From the NCBI GenBank assembly GCA_951406725.2, contig OX597839.1:35712001-35776000 (forward strand): a stretch of DNA of 64,000 nt. The letters are read 5' to 3'. Positions 34,619 to 47,616 of this stretch are shown one piece after another. Source of the DNA: Octopus vulgaris. Its lineage: Eukaryota. The notes below the pieces were generated by a model. The model did not search any database. It was not told the origin of the DNA and was given only the letters and a program-made list of their open reading frames with translations. A program made the translations under genes and the position numbers. How positions within the stretch are numbered: position 1 is the first letter of the stretch; each line of letters opens with the position of its first letter.

Positions 34619-37600
34619 ATGCTCTGGTGCAGTACCATAATGCCCTGATGCAGTACCAAATGCTCTCAGGCTTCTATAAGTAGAAGATCCTTACCCAAGG
34701 TGCTGCGCAGTGGGACTGAACCCAACACCAAATGGTTGGGAAGCAAGCTTCTTGACCACACAGCCACAGCAGCACCTATTGGTGATGCTTGCAATCTGCA
34801 ACAAACAAGATTAATATTTGAAGAAAACCTGGTGTCTCTGATATAATTATGATAATAATTGTTACTTTAGTTAGCTCTGTAGGCTAATAATAAATATCTT
34901 TTATTGTAAAAAGCTGTTACATAAAACAGAAGCAATATTAGATTAAAATAGCCATCTATGTATCATAATTAATGTAAATACATCAGGAAAAAGTAAATTT
35001 ATTGAAGATAGTATCTTTTAGTGTATTGTTTTAAACACATTGGTTTGACACATAAAAATAGCTTTGTTTTCCTCATCTCACTCTATCTTCAGTTCTATTT
35101 TTATTTCTTTAACCTTCAACACAGATAATAATAATAATTAATTAAAAAAGAACAAATAAACTCTTTTTGTCACTATATTTCTGTCGAAACTCACTGCTTT
35201 TGTTTCAGTTAATTCTGAAAATGATGAAGAATTTATGAAAATAACTTGGTCGTTATTAAGCTGGGTGTTCGGGACATAAATTAACACGACTTTTTCAATG
35301 GGAAGTTTTAACCCCTTACCCGGCAGAAACAAATATATGCGTTTTGACCGAAATCGTTTTTTTCTATCTCTGGCGAGTTAACTCGTCAAAAGATAGACTT
35401 GCCAAAATCGACAGCAAACGAGTTCCTTCGTCTAAAAACGGGTTAACTCGTTTCTGCCCAAAGCGGTAATTTAAAATCAATATAATTGAATGAAAATTCA
35501 TAATAAATAAGGTTTGAAATATACCTCGAAATCACCATTCAAAACATAGTAAAATAAAACAATTAAAAAATATGTCTGAAAAAATACATTTATTTTCAAA
35601 ATAATTGTTGGGGTTAATTGAGATCCCTTTAAAATAGGAATGTTTGCATTGTGGAACCAAGTGTAGTCTCAGATGGTTTCGTATCACAAGGGTTAATTAA
35701 TACATACTGAAACACAACATAATATTAATTGTTTAGCATTCAGATTAATCCGTTAAATGTAATGCTTATTTATTCACAATTTTTTCTTTGAAATAATGCG
35801 CTGGAGTGGCTGTGTGGTAAGTAGCTTGTCTACCAACCACATGGTTCTGGGTTCTGTCCCACTGCGTGGCACCTTGGGCAAGTGTCTTCTGCTATAGCCT
35901 CGGGCCAACCAAAGCCTTGTGAGTGGATTTGGTAGATGGAAACTGAAAGAAGCCCGTCGTATATATGTATATATACTCTCTTTCTCTCTTTTACTTGTTT
36001 CAGTCATTTGACTGCGGCCATGCTGGAGCACCGCCTTCTAGTCGAGTAAATTGACCCCAGGACTTATTCTTTGTAAGCCTAGTACTTATTCTATCGGTCT
36101 CTTTTGCTGAACCGCTAAGTTACGGGGACGTAAACACATCAGCATCGGTTGTCAAGCAATGGTGGTGGTACAAACACATACACACAAACATATACACACA
36201 CACACATATATATATACATATATACGACGGGCTTCTTCCAGTTTCTGTTTACCAAATCCACTCACAAGGCATTGGTCGACCCGAGGCTATAGTAGAAGAC
36301 ATTTGCTCAAGGTGCCACGCAGTGGGACTGAACCCAGAACCATGTGGTTGGTGAGCAAGCTACTTACCACACAGCCACGTGTGTGTGTTTGTATGTCTGT
36401 GTTTGTACCCCTAACATTGCTCGACAACAGATGCTGGTGCATTTACGTCCCTGTAACTTAGCAGTTCGGCAAGTTACATCATCGTTTAACGTCTGCTTTC
36501 CATGCTGGCATGGGTTGGATAATTTGACCGAAAACTGGTAAGCCGGGAGGCTTCACCGGGTTACACTCTCCGACAGCAATAACCTCAGCAGTTTTCTGGC
36601 CTTTATGTCTGTTGTGCTCTTGAGCAAGATCCTTCATTTCATGTTGCCCCAGTCCACTCAACTGCAAATGAGTCACCCTATGATGGTTACCCATTCTAGT
36701 CAAGGGGAATGTTTTTGTCTGCTCCCCTAGCCGGCTGGGTGGCATCATTGTAAAGCTAAAATGATGCAAAGTGCATTGTAACCAGTGATGTATAACAACA
36801 TCCGCCAGTCTGGTCAATTGCGTCATCACATGAAGTGTGGATGTGCCATTTGAGCCAAACTGTACTGCCTGGGGTCATGTTGTCTTTTGCTTCCTTAGTT
36901 TTGTCTTTTCCCCGACAGTCTCTCCCTTGACATAATGTTAGGGTCCTTCCCTTGGGTCACACACCCAATAAGTATGAGACCCTTGGGTGGTCATCCCGTT
37001 GCTTCCTATTTGGCATTGAGGATTCCATGCTCACTTATTTAACATCAGATGCTCTAATGCTTTCCCTGTCTCTCTCTTTCTGTTTATTTCTCTGTATATC
37101 AGGTTCAATTAACAAATTGCAATGTTTCCCTCTCTCTCTCTCTCTCTTCTCTCTCTTCATCTCTCTCTCTCCTCTTTCCTCTCCTCCCCCCTCTCCTTTC
37201 ATTCTCTTTCTGGTTAAGTGAGTATTTCTCTTTGTGTCTGAAAACATAACTTTATGTCAACCAGGTTCAATTAATAAGTTGCAATGTCTCTCTTCTCTCT
37301 CTCCTCCTTCTCCCTCTCTCGCTACATCTCTTCCTCTTCCTCCCTCTCTCATTGGTTCTGTATGTTTAAGCATATTTCTCTCTAAATGTATGGGAAGAAA
37401 AAAGTGTCTATATCAGTTGTGTTCAATTAATACACTGTAATGTCTCTCCTGCTCTCTCTCTCTCTCTTACTCTTTCTGTCTCTATCTGCATATTTCTGCA
37501 TGCGTTTGTGTGTGTGTATATAAAGCTGAAGTTGTCTCTGTGTGGCAGGTTTAGTAGCCTTCAACTAACACTATCTCTTTTGAGATCCTGCGGCACAAGT

Positions 37601-37900
37601 TGGCCAAAATTGAGAGTATGATAGAAGAAGGCTTGCTCTTCCTTCCATAGAAGAAAAAATTCAAATCGGACCATGTTAACACCAAAAATTATTTACATCA
37701 AAAAGGTGCTTTTTTTCTATGAAAATCCCTAATTTTTACGATTTCTTTGACTGCTGTGTTGGCATTTTTTGGTGTATTTCAACCAGAAAAATGTTCACTT
37801 AAAGAGAATAACAAGCTACATAATGCAAAATTTTTACTTTTCAAAAATTCCAATTCTAAAGGGTCAAAACAAACCCAAGCAACGCCAGGTGATACTGCTA

Positions 37901-37942
<42 letters not shown>

Positions 37943-38983
37943 CTCAAGCACTGAAAAGTACTGCTGCCAAACCAGGCTGAATGTCCAGTCAGCCAAGCCA
38001 AATCCTCTCTTTCACTGCTTCTTCTGACCAATAAAGTTTCTTTGCTTTCTTTTGGGTCTTTCTGCTACAATTAGTTTACAGGCAACTCTTACTGTATTTA
38101 TTTTTCTTTTCTGTGTGAAATGTGTCAATACTTTTGCTTTGTAAAGCATCCAGTCCACACTGTGAAGTGGTTGGCATCTGGAAGGGCATCCAGCTGTAAA
38201 AACCATGCCAAAACTGACCTCTCCTGTGCTGGTGCCATGTGGAAAGTACTCACTCTACTCTACAGGGTAGTTGGCATCTGGAAGGGCATCCAGCTATAAA
38301 AGCCATGCCAAAACAGACACAGTCGTCTGGGGTAGTCTTTTACCTGGCCGACTCCTGTCAAACTGCCCAACCCATGCCAGCATGGAAGGCGGACGTTAAA
38401 TGATGATGATGATGATGATGATGAATGATCTCCAGTGTCCTGTGAAGTCAAAAAGAATGGAGCTCACCACAGAAAGGGTCTGATTCGAGGGAGATTTGGT
38501 TTATGTTTCTACCGGATTGAGCAACTGCTTCGAGGTGATCTCAGAAAATAAATGAAGGGTCAGTTGTATGTACTACGGGTGGTTGCAGATCAAATCACAA
38601 GTGCATTCAGATTACTCTGTCAAATGTAGAGCTTATTTGAATTAGTCGTGCATTATCTTGCAGCTTTTGAGATTTTGGAGGACATGACTGTCTATTTTTA
38701 GAACGGCATTGTAGGGTAGGTGTGAGAGGCCGGGCCTGGCCAGTTTGAACATAAAACAAGTACAATAATGGATATGGCCAGTTCCAGTGCCAACGGGTTA
38801 AGATAGGGAAATAGAAGAAATGCAAGAGGCAGACTTGACAATATGGACAGAAGTACTGAGATGATAATGATGATAGTTGTTGTGGTGGTGGTGGTGATGA
38901 CGATGACGATGGTGGCTGTGGCAACGGTTATGATGATGATGATGATTATGTATTTTATTTATTTATTTTTTTTGTGTGACTAG

Positions 38984-39135
38984 GTGTCTGCTGCACCATT
39001 GTTTTCAAGCACTTATCGACCACGGGGCCCAGGTGAATGAGATCCTTGCCACTGAGTTTTGTAAGCGCTACCAACTTTCAGGCCATCTGAATGAGAACGA
39101 GAGGAACAAAGCCATCCAACTTGGCACTGCACTCG
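38984..39135 (+). CDS. APPBP2: APPBP2 exon 3
   Basis: tag|G...G|gtaag; CLLHHCFQALIDHG...KAIQLGTAL. Confidence 0.95.
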
Positions 39136-39599
39136 GTAAGACAATGCAGTTTCTTGTTAAAAAAACTATTTGTTCTGATTCTGCCTTTTACAGTCCATTG
39201 TTACAAAACTCCTTCTTTCTCTTACCTCCTCCCTTTGTCTTCCCCCCCCGTCACTCCCTTCTTCCTTCCTTATCTCCCACCTTCTCCGTCTCTCCCTTCC
39301 CCCATTTCTCCCTTACTCCATCTCTCCCTTCCCCGTCTCTCCCTTCCTCGTCTCTCCCTTCCTCGTCTCTCCCTTCTTTCCTTATCTCCCACCTTCCCCG
39401 ACTCTCCCTTCCCCTGTCTCTCCCTCTCCCATCTCTCTCTTCTCCCGTTTTTTCCATCACCCTCCCTCCATCTCTTCCCACTCCCTTCTGATCCCCCTTA
39501 CACTCCCCCCTCTTTTCCCTTTCTCTCTCTCTTTATAGAAATAACCATATTGAATGCTTAATTAAAATTTCCAAATAATTTTTCTCTCTTTAATTTCAG

Positions 39600-39723
39600 C
39601 GAGTTTCTTCAATGAATCTGGTTGGTTTTTCAGCAGTGAGAGAGTTTACCACACATGTCGGCTACTTTGTGACCAAGACAAAACCTACAGTGGACTATGT
39701 AAATTGTTAGAGTGTAATGTCAG
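39600..39723 (+). CDS. APPBP2: APPBP2 exon 4
   Basis: cag|CG...AG|gtaag; ASFFNESGWFFSSERVY...LLECNV(R). Confidence 0.92.
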
Positions 39724-40119
39724 GTAAGAACTGCCATCAAAAGAGCTCTTCTTCCAATTCTCACTAAAATCAGGAAGGCCAGATGATATTCATCATCATC
39801 ATTTAACGCCTGTCTTCCATGCTAGCAACAGTTGGATGGTTTGACAGGAGTTTTTAAGTATTGTGGTGATAGATATTAACATACCTGTCTGCTTAAAAGA
39901 TGGACTTATCAGAACTCTTCTAAAGAATAACGTTTAATCATTGATGATGGCAGATGGTGTTTTGGAGTCTTGTGCAGCAGTGGTAGAAATATGTTGTGTG
40001 AAGACATTGCTTTACCTCTGCTTTGTTAAATCATATATCCAAACTTAACCCTTTCAATACTGTATTTATTTGAGATGCTCTGTGTTTCTTTTAAATTACT
40101 TTAAATATAACAAAGAATT

Positions 40120-40537
40120 TGTCTGAATATTTTTTTATCATACCTAATGCACCTTACTATGATAGGAATTGTTTCTGTTTTTAGATTCCACATTCTGGTT
40201 ACCTCTATTTCCAGGTCTTTGTATTTTGAAAGTTTCTCCATTTCTTTTAGAGACACGTTGTCATCTGCTAGTATTGATACATCAATTAGAAAGCATTTTT
40301 TATCTTCATGATCTCTGATAACTATATCTGGTCTAATTGACCTTAATTTCTCTATCTCTGTGTATTGGCATATCCCAAACTATGGTTGCTTTCTCGTTTT
40401 CTGTGACCTTTTCTGGTGTGTGCCTATATCATCTTTTTTCTGTTGTTATTCCATAATGTTGGCATAGCTTCCAGTGTATGTAGATCCCAACTCTGTCATG
40501 TCTGTGAATATATTCCTTCTTAGCCTGGACTGGGCAG
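40120..40537 (-). mobile_element. R4/Dong-type non-LTR retrotransposon fragment (restriction-like endonuclease domain)
   Basis: Minus strand translates CP...YIHRHDRVGIYIHWKLC..P.KV.EN...VWD..RPDIVIRD...CFLIDVS...KEMEKLSKYKDLEIEVTRMW, with a stop and frameshift. Confidence 0.8.
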
Positions 40538-40544
40538 GTTTCTG

Positions 40545-41113
40545 ATTACAAATATCTTGGGTCATACATATCATCATCTGGAAAAGATTTTCTAACTAGA
40601 AAGGGTATGGCCTGGTCAGCCTGTAATGACATGCATAAGATCTGGTCATCAAATCTCAGTAGAGACTTCAAACTTGAAATCTTCAAAGCCACAGTTGAAC
40701 CAATTCTACTATATGGCTCAGAAACCTGGACGTTATCAAAGAAGCTTGAGAGGCGGTTGGATGGAACCTACACTCGCCTCCTTATGAGAGCTCAAAATCT
40801 CTTGTGGAAGCGCCATCCAACCAAAATGCAAATATATGGGAAACTACCACCTGTGTCATCTCTTGTGAAAGGCAGGAGAGTTCAGTTTGCTGGACATTGT
40901 TGTAGAGCTGAAAAAGAGTAATTTCTACTCTTCTCCTCTGGAAGCCATCTACTCGCAATACCAGAGGGCGCACACTCTCCTACCCTGATGTAATCTCCAG
41001 GGATACAGGCATCCAGCAACAGGACCTCCGTAATGCTATGATGGACTGTGAAGTCTGGCGTAGCATGGTAAATTCCATTGTCTCAACCACGGTTGAACAA
41101 TGATGATGATGAT
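40545..41113 (+). mobile_element. RTE-clade LINE 3' end with (TGA)n tail
   Basis: FKATVEPILLYGSETWTL...LDGTYTRLL...FAGHC.R; premature stop at 40919-40921. Confidence 0.9.
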
Positions 41114-41584
41114 CAGAGATCATGATTTATTGTTCCGCTTTCCATGCTAGCATGGGTTGGACAGTTCAACTGGGGTCTGGGGAGCCCGAAGGCTGCACCA
41201 GGCCAGTCAGATCTGGCAGTGTTTCTACAGCTGGATGCCCTTCCTAACGCCAACCACTCCGAGAGTGTAGTGGGTGATTTTATGTGCCACCGACACAGGT
41301 GCCAGACGAGGCTGGTGAACGGCCACGATCGGATGGTGTTTGTTACGTGCCCACAGCACGGAGGCCAGTCGAAGCGGTACTGGCTACGGCCACGTTCGGA
41401 TGGTTTTCTTATGTGCCACCGGCACTAATTTACCACAAAGATACAAATTCCATTGATGTTCATATATTTTGATTTGGTTGATGATGAGAGATATGATTTA
41501 TTGTTCCTTGTCCATCTCCACATATTCTGCAGTTACTTGTTATGTATTATTATTATTATTATTATTTCTCTTTCTTTCTACCAG

Positions 41585-41753
41585 ATTACTTCATGTACAG
41601 AATTCCAGTTGTAAATATAGAGAAGCCAATGAAACCTTCAAAGAGACATTTAAGATATTGAATATCCTGAACCAGGCCAACATATCGGTGAATAAGGCCA
41701 TGTTGTATGGTGAATGTTGTGGTTTATTTTTTGCAGAAAGTCAGTATGATCAG
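41585..41753 (+). CDS. APPBP2: APPBP2 exon 5
   Basis: cag|A...CAG|gtaag; LLHVQNSSCKY...NKAMLYGECCGLFFAESQYDQ. Confidence 0.95.
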
Positions 41754-43590
41754 GTAAGCATGTTAAGGGGCAAATAACTCAAAACAGGACTTTGTCACAT
41801 TTTAGTGGGGGGTTTTCATTGCCTTCTCTCTCTCTCTCTTCCTTACTGTTTACTCATCTCTCTCACTACTCCTCATGTTCATCAATGATAATCCCAATCA
41901 CTGCTATCGGGTTTCTCATCTCTTGTCTTTCCTCCCTCTCCCCTGTGTATTTCTTCCTCCTCCTCCTCCCTTGCCTGTTTCTTCCTCCCTCTCCCTTGCG
42001 TGTTTCTTCCTCCTCCTCCTCCCTTGCATGTTTCTTCCCCCCTCTCCCTTGCATGTTTCTTCCTCCTCCTCCCTTGCATGTTTCTTCCTCCCTCTCCCTT
42101 GCGTGTTTCTTCCCTCCTCTCACTCAAGCCACTCTTTTCCTCCCTCTCCCTTTCTCTCTATCTAAGACAAAAAAACTTCCTTTCGCCCTGTTGCACTCAA
42201 CTGGACACTTCTCTCTCACACACACATGCACACACCTTGTATTGTACACATACACACACACACTCACTTCATGTGACACACACATCTTTTGTCTCACACA
42301 CACACATCTAGTCACACACCTCATGCCTCTTGGCCTCACTATTTCTTTCTCTCATCCTCTTATCTCACCTTCTTTATCACTCCACCCTTTAACACTGCCT
42401 CTCGGGTTTCAATTCTCTCTGTCTGTCTGTCTCTCTCTCCCTTTCATTTTTTCCTCACGTTTTACTTCTATCTCCCCTAATACCCGGAATCAGCAGTTCT
42501 CAACTGGGGGTTGATATAAAATTTTTGGGGTCCACTCAAGTAAAGTAGTAAATTGGAATTCCACAATAGTTTATTAAGGGCCCATAAAAAAAATTTTTAC
42601 TTTTAGATGGATTTATTGTAAGAAACAGCTAAATTTCCTTCTCTAATGTTTTACACAGTTCAACCTACACAAATTAATGTCATCATCATCCTCATCTTTA
42701 ACATCCATTTTCCATGCTGGCATGGGTTGGATAGTTTGACCAGAGCTGGCAAGCTGGAGAGCTGCCCCAGACTCCAATCTGATTTGGCTTGGTTCTTCTA
42801 TGGCTGGATGCCCTTCCTAATGCCAACCACTTTATAGTGTGCGCTGGGTGCTTTTAATGTGGCACCAGCATGAGTACTCCCACATGGTGCTGGCAGGAGT
42901 TCTTTTTACACAGCACCAGCACAGGGCCCTTACAAGCTAAATCCCTTTCAGCAGGGGATGCACTTTTGCTGTGGAGGGCAGGTTTTCTTGAGTTCAGCAA
43001 AGCACCAGGTATCTTGGTCCTTTGTCATCTCGTCTGAAAAACAAAATAGTATGGGCATGTGTTGAGGAGGGACGAAGAGGATGTTCTGAGGAAGGTGATT
43101 GCGCTTGAGGTAAATGGAGTGCGAAAACAAGGTAGACCAAGGGAAAAGGTGGAGGAGGAGATTGGAAGGGTTGGTTTGAAAAAGGAAGACTCCCAAAACT
43201 GAACCAGATGGTGTGAGGGCAGTTGCTATGGCATTGAGGTAGATCGGGCCACTCCCATTAACAGGGACAAAACCTGGATTTAAAATACTGGATGAGTGGT
43301 TAGGGAGATCCACCAGAATAAAGTAGTAAGCAGAAGGGTCTATAGGTAAAAAAACTGGTGGAGAAACCACTGCCCTAAACAAATATCTTCACCAACCCAC
43401 CTGAGGCGAACCAGGTGCTGCTGCTGTCCTCTTACTTCCCTTAGTGTGGATCTTCTTTGTTAGGAGATAAGATTATGCTGGGCTGTGATGTGTGTGAGGG
43501 AATGGAATGGAGATTGTGTGGCTCTCATTCCCTGACTTTCTTTGCTTCTTTCTGCTCATTAATTCTCTTTTCTCTCTCTCCTTGTAACAG

Positions 43591-43647
43591 GCGTATAAAT
43601 ATTGCAATCTAGCTGTTCAACAACTCACACCAGTTTTATCACCGAGG
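43591..43647 (+). CDS. APPBP2: APPBP2 exon 6 (intact copy)
   Basis: cag|GCG...AGG|gtaag, 57 nt; AYKYCNLAVQQLTPVLSPR. Confidence 0.9.
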
Positions 43648-43977
43648 GTAAGTTGAAAGGGCTTTCTACATTCCCTTCTGTTTATCTTTTATTTGTTTCG
43701 GTCACTGGACTGTGACCATGCTAGCACCACTTCAAAGGGTCATAGGTAAAAAAACTGGTGGAGAACCACTGCCCTAAACATGTATCTTCACCAACCCACC
43801 TGAGGCGAACCAGGTGCTGCTGCTGTCCTCTTACTTCCCTTAGTATGGATCTTCTTTGTTAGGAGATAAGATTGTGCTGGGCTGTGATGTGGAATGGAGA
43901 TTGTGTGGCTCTCATTCCCTGACTTCCATTGCTTCTTCCTGCTTATTAATTCTGTTTTCTCTCTCTCCTTGTAATAG

Positions 43978-44032
43978 GCGTATAAATATTGCAATCTAGC
44001 TGTTCAACAACACACCAGTTTTATCACCGAGG
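43978..44032 (+). pseudogene. Duplicate of APPBP2 exon 6 with a 2-nt deletion (55 nt)
   Basis: Part of an ~400-bp tandem duplication (~43342-43740 / ~43741-44110); CAACAACTCACACC becomes CAACAACACACC; tag and gtaag retained. Confidence 0.9.
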
Positions 44033-45447
44033 GTAAGTGGCTTTCTGCATTCACTTCTGTCTATCTTTTACTTGTTTCAGTCATTCGACTGTGACCATGC
44101 TGGGGCACCACGAAGGGTCAAACAATTTGACCCCAGTCCTTTATTTTTTAAAAAGTCTGGTGCTTATTCTATTAGTTTCTTTTACAAAAGCTCCCAAGTT
44201 ATGGGGAGTTGAACAGATCAACACTGTTTTTCAAATGATGGGTTTGGTGTGGAGCGAATACAAGCACCCCACACACGACAGGATTCCTTACGGTTACTGC
44301 CTACCAAATTCACTCACAAGGTATTGACCAACCCTAAGGCTTTAGGAGAAGGCACTTGCTCATGGTGTCCTGCTGTAGGACTGAACGTAAAAACATGTGG
44401 CTGTTAAGCAAGCTTCTTATACCACACACCACACACACACACACACACACAAGCATACACACGCCAGGTTTCCACACAGTTTCCATCTATCAAATTCACT
44501 GACAAAGCATTTGTTGACCCAGGGCTATAACAGAAGACACTTGGCCAAAGTGCTGTGCAGTGGGACAGAAGCTGAAACCACATGACCACAAAGCAAGCTT
44601 CTTTACTACACATGCCCATATATGTACATCATCATCATCGTTTAACGTCCGTTTTCCATGCTAGCATGGGTTGGACAGTTCAACTGGGGTCTGGGAAGCC
44701 AGAGGCTGCGCCAGGCCCAGTCTGATCTGGCAGTGTTTCTACAGCTGGATGCCCTTCCTAACGCCAACCACTCCATGAGTGTAGTGGGTGCTTTTTATGT
44801 ACCACCGGCACGGGGCCAGACGAGGCTAGTAACGGCCACAATCGGATGGTACATTTTACGTGCCACCGGCACGGAGGCCAGTCGGGGCGGCACTGGCTAT
44901 GGCCACGTTACTGGCGAAAGCTTCCACACAATTTCCTATTTGCTGACCCCAAGAAAGTATGTAAATGGCTAATATTTCCTTCAAACTTTGCTTTTGTTAC
45001 ATTTATTCAAAACCCCAAAGAATTCCTCTCAACACAAGGCTGTGATGCTCCCTAACTACTCCTGCTTATCATTAGAGATGCACATATTGTCAGCCACTAA
45101 GGGACAAGTGGTTAAGGACAAGCAACTGACGAGCAAATCTGTGTGGTGCTGAGCAGAATATTTGCTATAATGATATTTCTGCCTCAGCAACTCAGTGCTG
45201 AATCTGTCTGAAATGTAATGGAAAATAGGTCAGTTTTAAAACATTGATGTTCAGGTCACAAAAGCAAGTTTGAAGAGAATAGTAGTCATCATTTGATTTC
45301 TAGATAGAAGCAAATGGATAAAAACACTCACTGAACAAAGACACGAAAGCAATTTTTTTTTACAGTGTAATTGATGTAAAACAAAAGTTTTTTTTAATGT
45401 TTTTTATATCCCTTGTATTTAAGGAATTTTCCTCTTTCTTTTCCCAG

Positions 45448-45480
45448 ACGATAATTGATGTTCTCCGTCAATGTGCCAAG
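45448..45480 (+). CDS. APPBP2: APPBP2 exon 7 (33 nt)
   Basis: cag|ACG...AAG|gtagg; TIIDVLRQCAK. Confidence 0.9.
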
Positions 45481-46607
45481 GTAGGGACAAAAGTTTCTTT
45501 TCTTTCCTCATTTCCTCATTTCTCTCTCTTTCAGTTCTTAACAGTGGTAAATTGGCAGAATTGAAACAACCCACCCTCCCATTCCACCCCTGATCCACTG
45601 ACCATATCCTCTCTTGTGCTCCCTTTCTGGTTACCTTGAGAGTTTGTCCTGATCCCCCATCACTACCGTCTTAATCTTCTTCCTAGCTGCTACATGTGAG
45701 TCTCTATGGTATTACTCTACAGATGTGAAAACCAGAAAGTGACAAAAGTGGACAGTAGCGGCGAGCTGGCAGAAACGTTAGCACGCCGGACGAAATGCTC
45801 AGCGGTATTTTGTCTGCTGCTATGTTCTGAGTTCAAATTCCGCCAAGGTCAACTTTGCCTTTCATCCTTTCAGGGCCGATAAATTAAATACCAGTTACGC
45901 ACTGGGGTCGATGTAATCGACTTAATTCGTTTGTCTGTCCTTGTTTGTCCCCTCTATGTTTAGCCCCTTGTGGGCAATAAAGAAATAAAAAGTGGACAGC
46001 TTCCAATTCACATACTGAAGGGCAATACTTGACATCAAGTGGCTGCAAAGAGTCTGGCCATGATGGCACGGAAGGCAGATGTTAAATGATGATGATGAGG
46101 GGGTGGGTTAAAGTATGAAAGAAGAGGGAGCGCAAGCAAGGAGGTTCCTGTTGTAATGGAGCTACATGGCTTTTCACATTTAGAAGAAGAAAGGGTCAGT
46201 GCAGCAAAGAGATGAACATTGGGGATGAGGTGTGTCCAGGTGGCCCCTTAAGGGACAGGGTGAGTGAAAGTGAGCTAGAACAGAGGAATTAGGAATGCAC
46301 ATGAGTGGAGTTTTGTAAGTGTAGAAAGGGCAGGGGTCAAGGGACTGAGGAAAGGGTGAGGTGTGCAGGTGGCCCTTTAAAGTACAGAGTGAGTGGAAGT
46401 GAGTTGAGACAGGAATTGGGAGTGTGCATGTGTGGAGTTTTGTAAGTGTAGAAGGGGCAGGGGTCAAGCGATTGGAGAATGGGGAAAGGGAAGGTAGGTA
46501 AAAACTGACTCACCCCTGTACCTTTTTCTTTTTGCTTGTTTTTCGTCTTCTCTCGTTTTTATAAAATTTGTTTCGTTTATGAGTATTACTCTTCCTTTTG
46601 TCTATTT

Positions 46608-46847
46608 CAGTGGTTCTCAATTGGGGTCCTTATGGCCCTTATGGGTCCATATAAGATTTTGTTCTTAAAATTTATCAGCCTAGGCTTTTACAGTACAGAA
46701 AATATTTTAATATTTTTTGTTATACAATTACTTAATGATAAAAATGCAATGGGATTATTTTTATATGCATCGAATGGCTATGAGGGTCCAGGAGAGTAAA
46801 ATGGGAATCAAAGGGGCCTACAGGTAAAAATTGGTTGAGAACCACTG
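46608..46847. mobile_element. hAT-type MITE
   Basis: CAGTGGTTCTCAA/TTGAGAACCACTG TIRs; degenerate TSD GTCTATTT/GTCTACTC. Confidence 0.8.
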
Positions 46848-46914
46848 GTCTACTCGATGACTGTGTGTCTGTGTGCCTTATTGTGCTAAAATCTGGTTAC
46901 CTTTGTCCTTTCAG

Positions 46915-46982
46915 GCTTGTGTAGTAAAAAGAGAATTCAGAAAGGCTGGACAACTAATCAAAAGTGCAGTTCAGTATGCCAG
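46915..46982 (+). CDS. APPBP2: APPBP2 exon 8
   Basis: cag|GCT...AG|gtaag; ACVVKREFRKAGQLIKSAVQYA. Confidence 0.94.
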
Positions 46983-47129
46983 GTAAGTACAGGTGTTCAC
47001 CTTGGGGAGGAGAGAGAGGTGGGGGGGCTGGTAGAGAGGGAAAATGTAAGGATGTACATGTGTACTGTTGTGTTTTTTCTATGAAGGCATTTACCATTAT
47101 CCTCCTCCCTCTCCGTCTGTGTGTGACTG

Positions 47130-47400
47130 TGCGTGTGTGTGCAACCATTTGCATGTGTGTGTGTGTGTGTGCAACCGTTTGTGTGTGTGTGTGTGTGCGA
47201 CCGTTTGTGTGTGTGTGTGTGTGCGACCGTTTGCGTGTGTGTGTGCGACTGTTTGCGTGTGTGTGTGCGACCGTTTGTGTGTGTGTGTGTGTGTGTGCGA
47301 CCATTTGCATGTGTGTGTGTGTGCGACCATTTGCTTGTGTGTGTGTGTGTGTGCGACCATTTGCATGTGTGTGTGACTGTGTGTGTGTGTGTGTGTGTGT
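47130..47400 (+). repeat. Interrupted (GT)n minisatellite with GCGACCGTTT spacers
   Basis: Directly visible. Confidence 0.9.
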
Positions 47401-47510
47401 CTGTCTGTGCATGCATTTGTAGCTCTGTGTCTTTATTACAATAATAAACAAAGAAATTTCTTTTTTAATATTTTTTAAACTCTCTATTTCCCTCTTTTCT
47501 TTCCCCCCAG

Positions 47511-47616
47511 TGAACATTTTGGTCAGCGCCATCCCAAATATGCTGATACATTACAAGATTATGGTTTTTATTTATTAAATGTTGACTCCGTAGCAGCTTC
47601 TGTAAAAGTCTATCAG
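47511..47616 (+). CDS. APPBP2: APPBP2 exon 9
   Basis: cag|T...CAG|gtaag; EHFGQRHPKYADTLQDYGFYLLNVD..VYQ. Confidence 0.95.
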
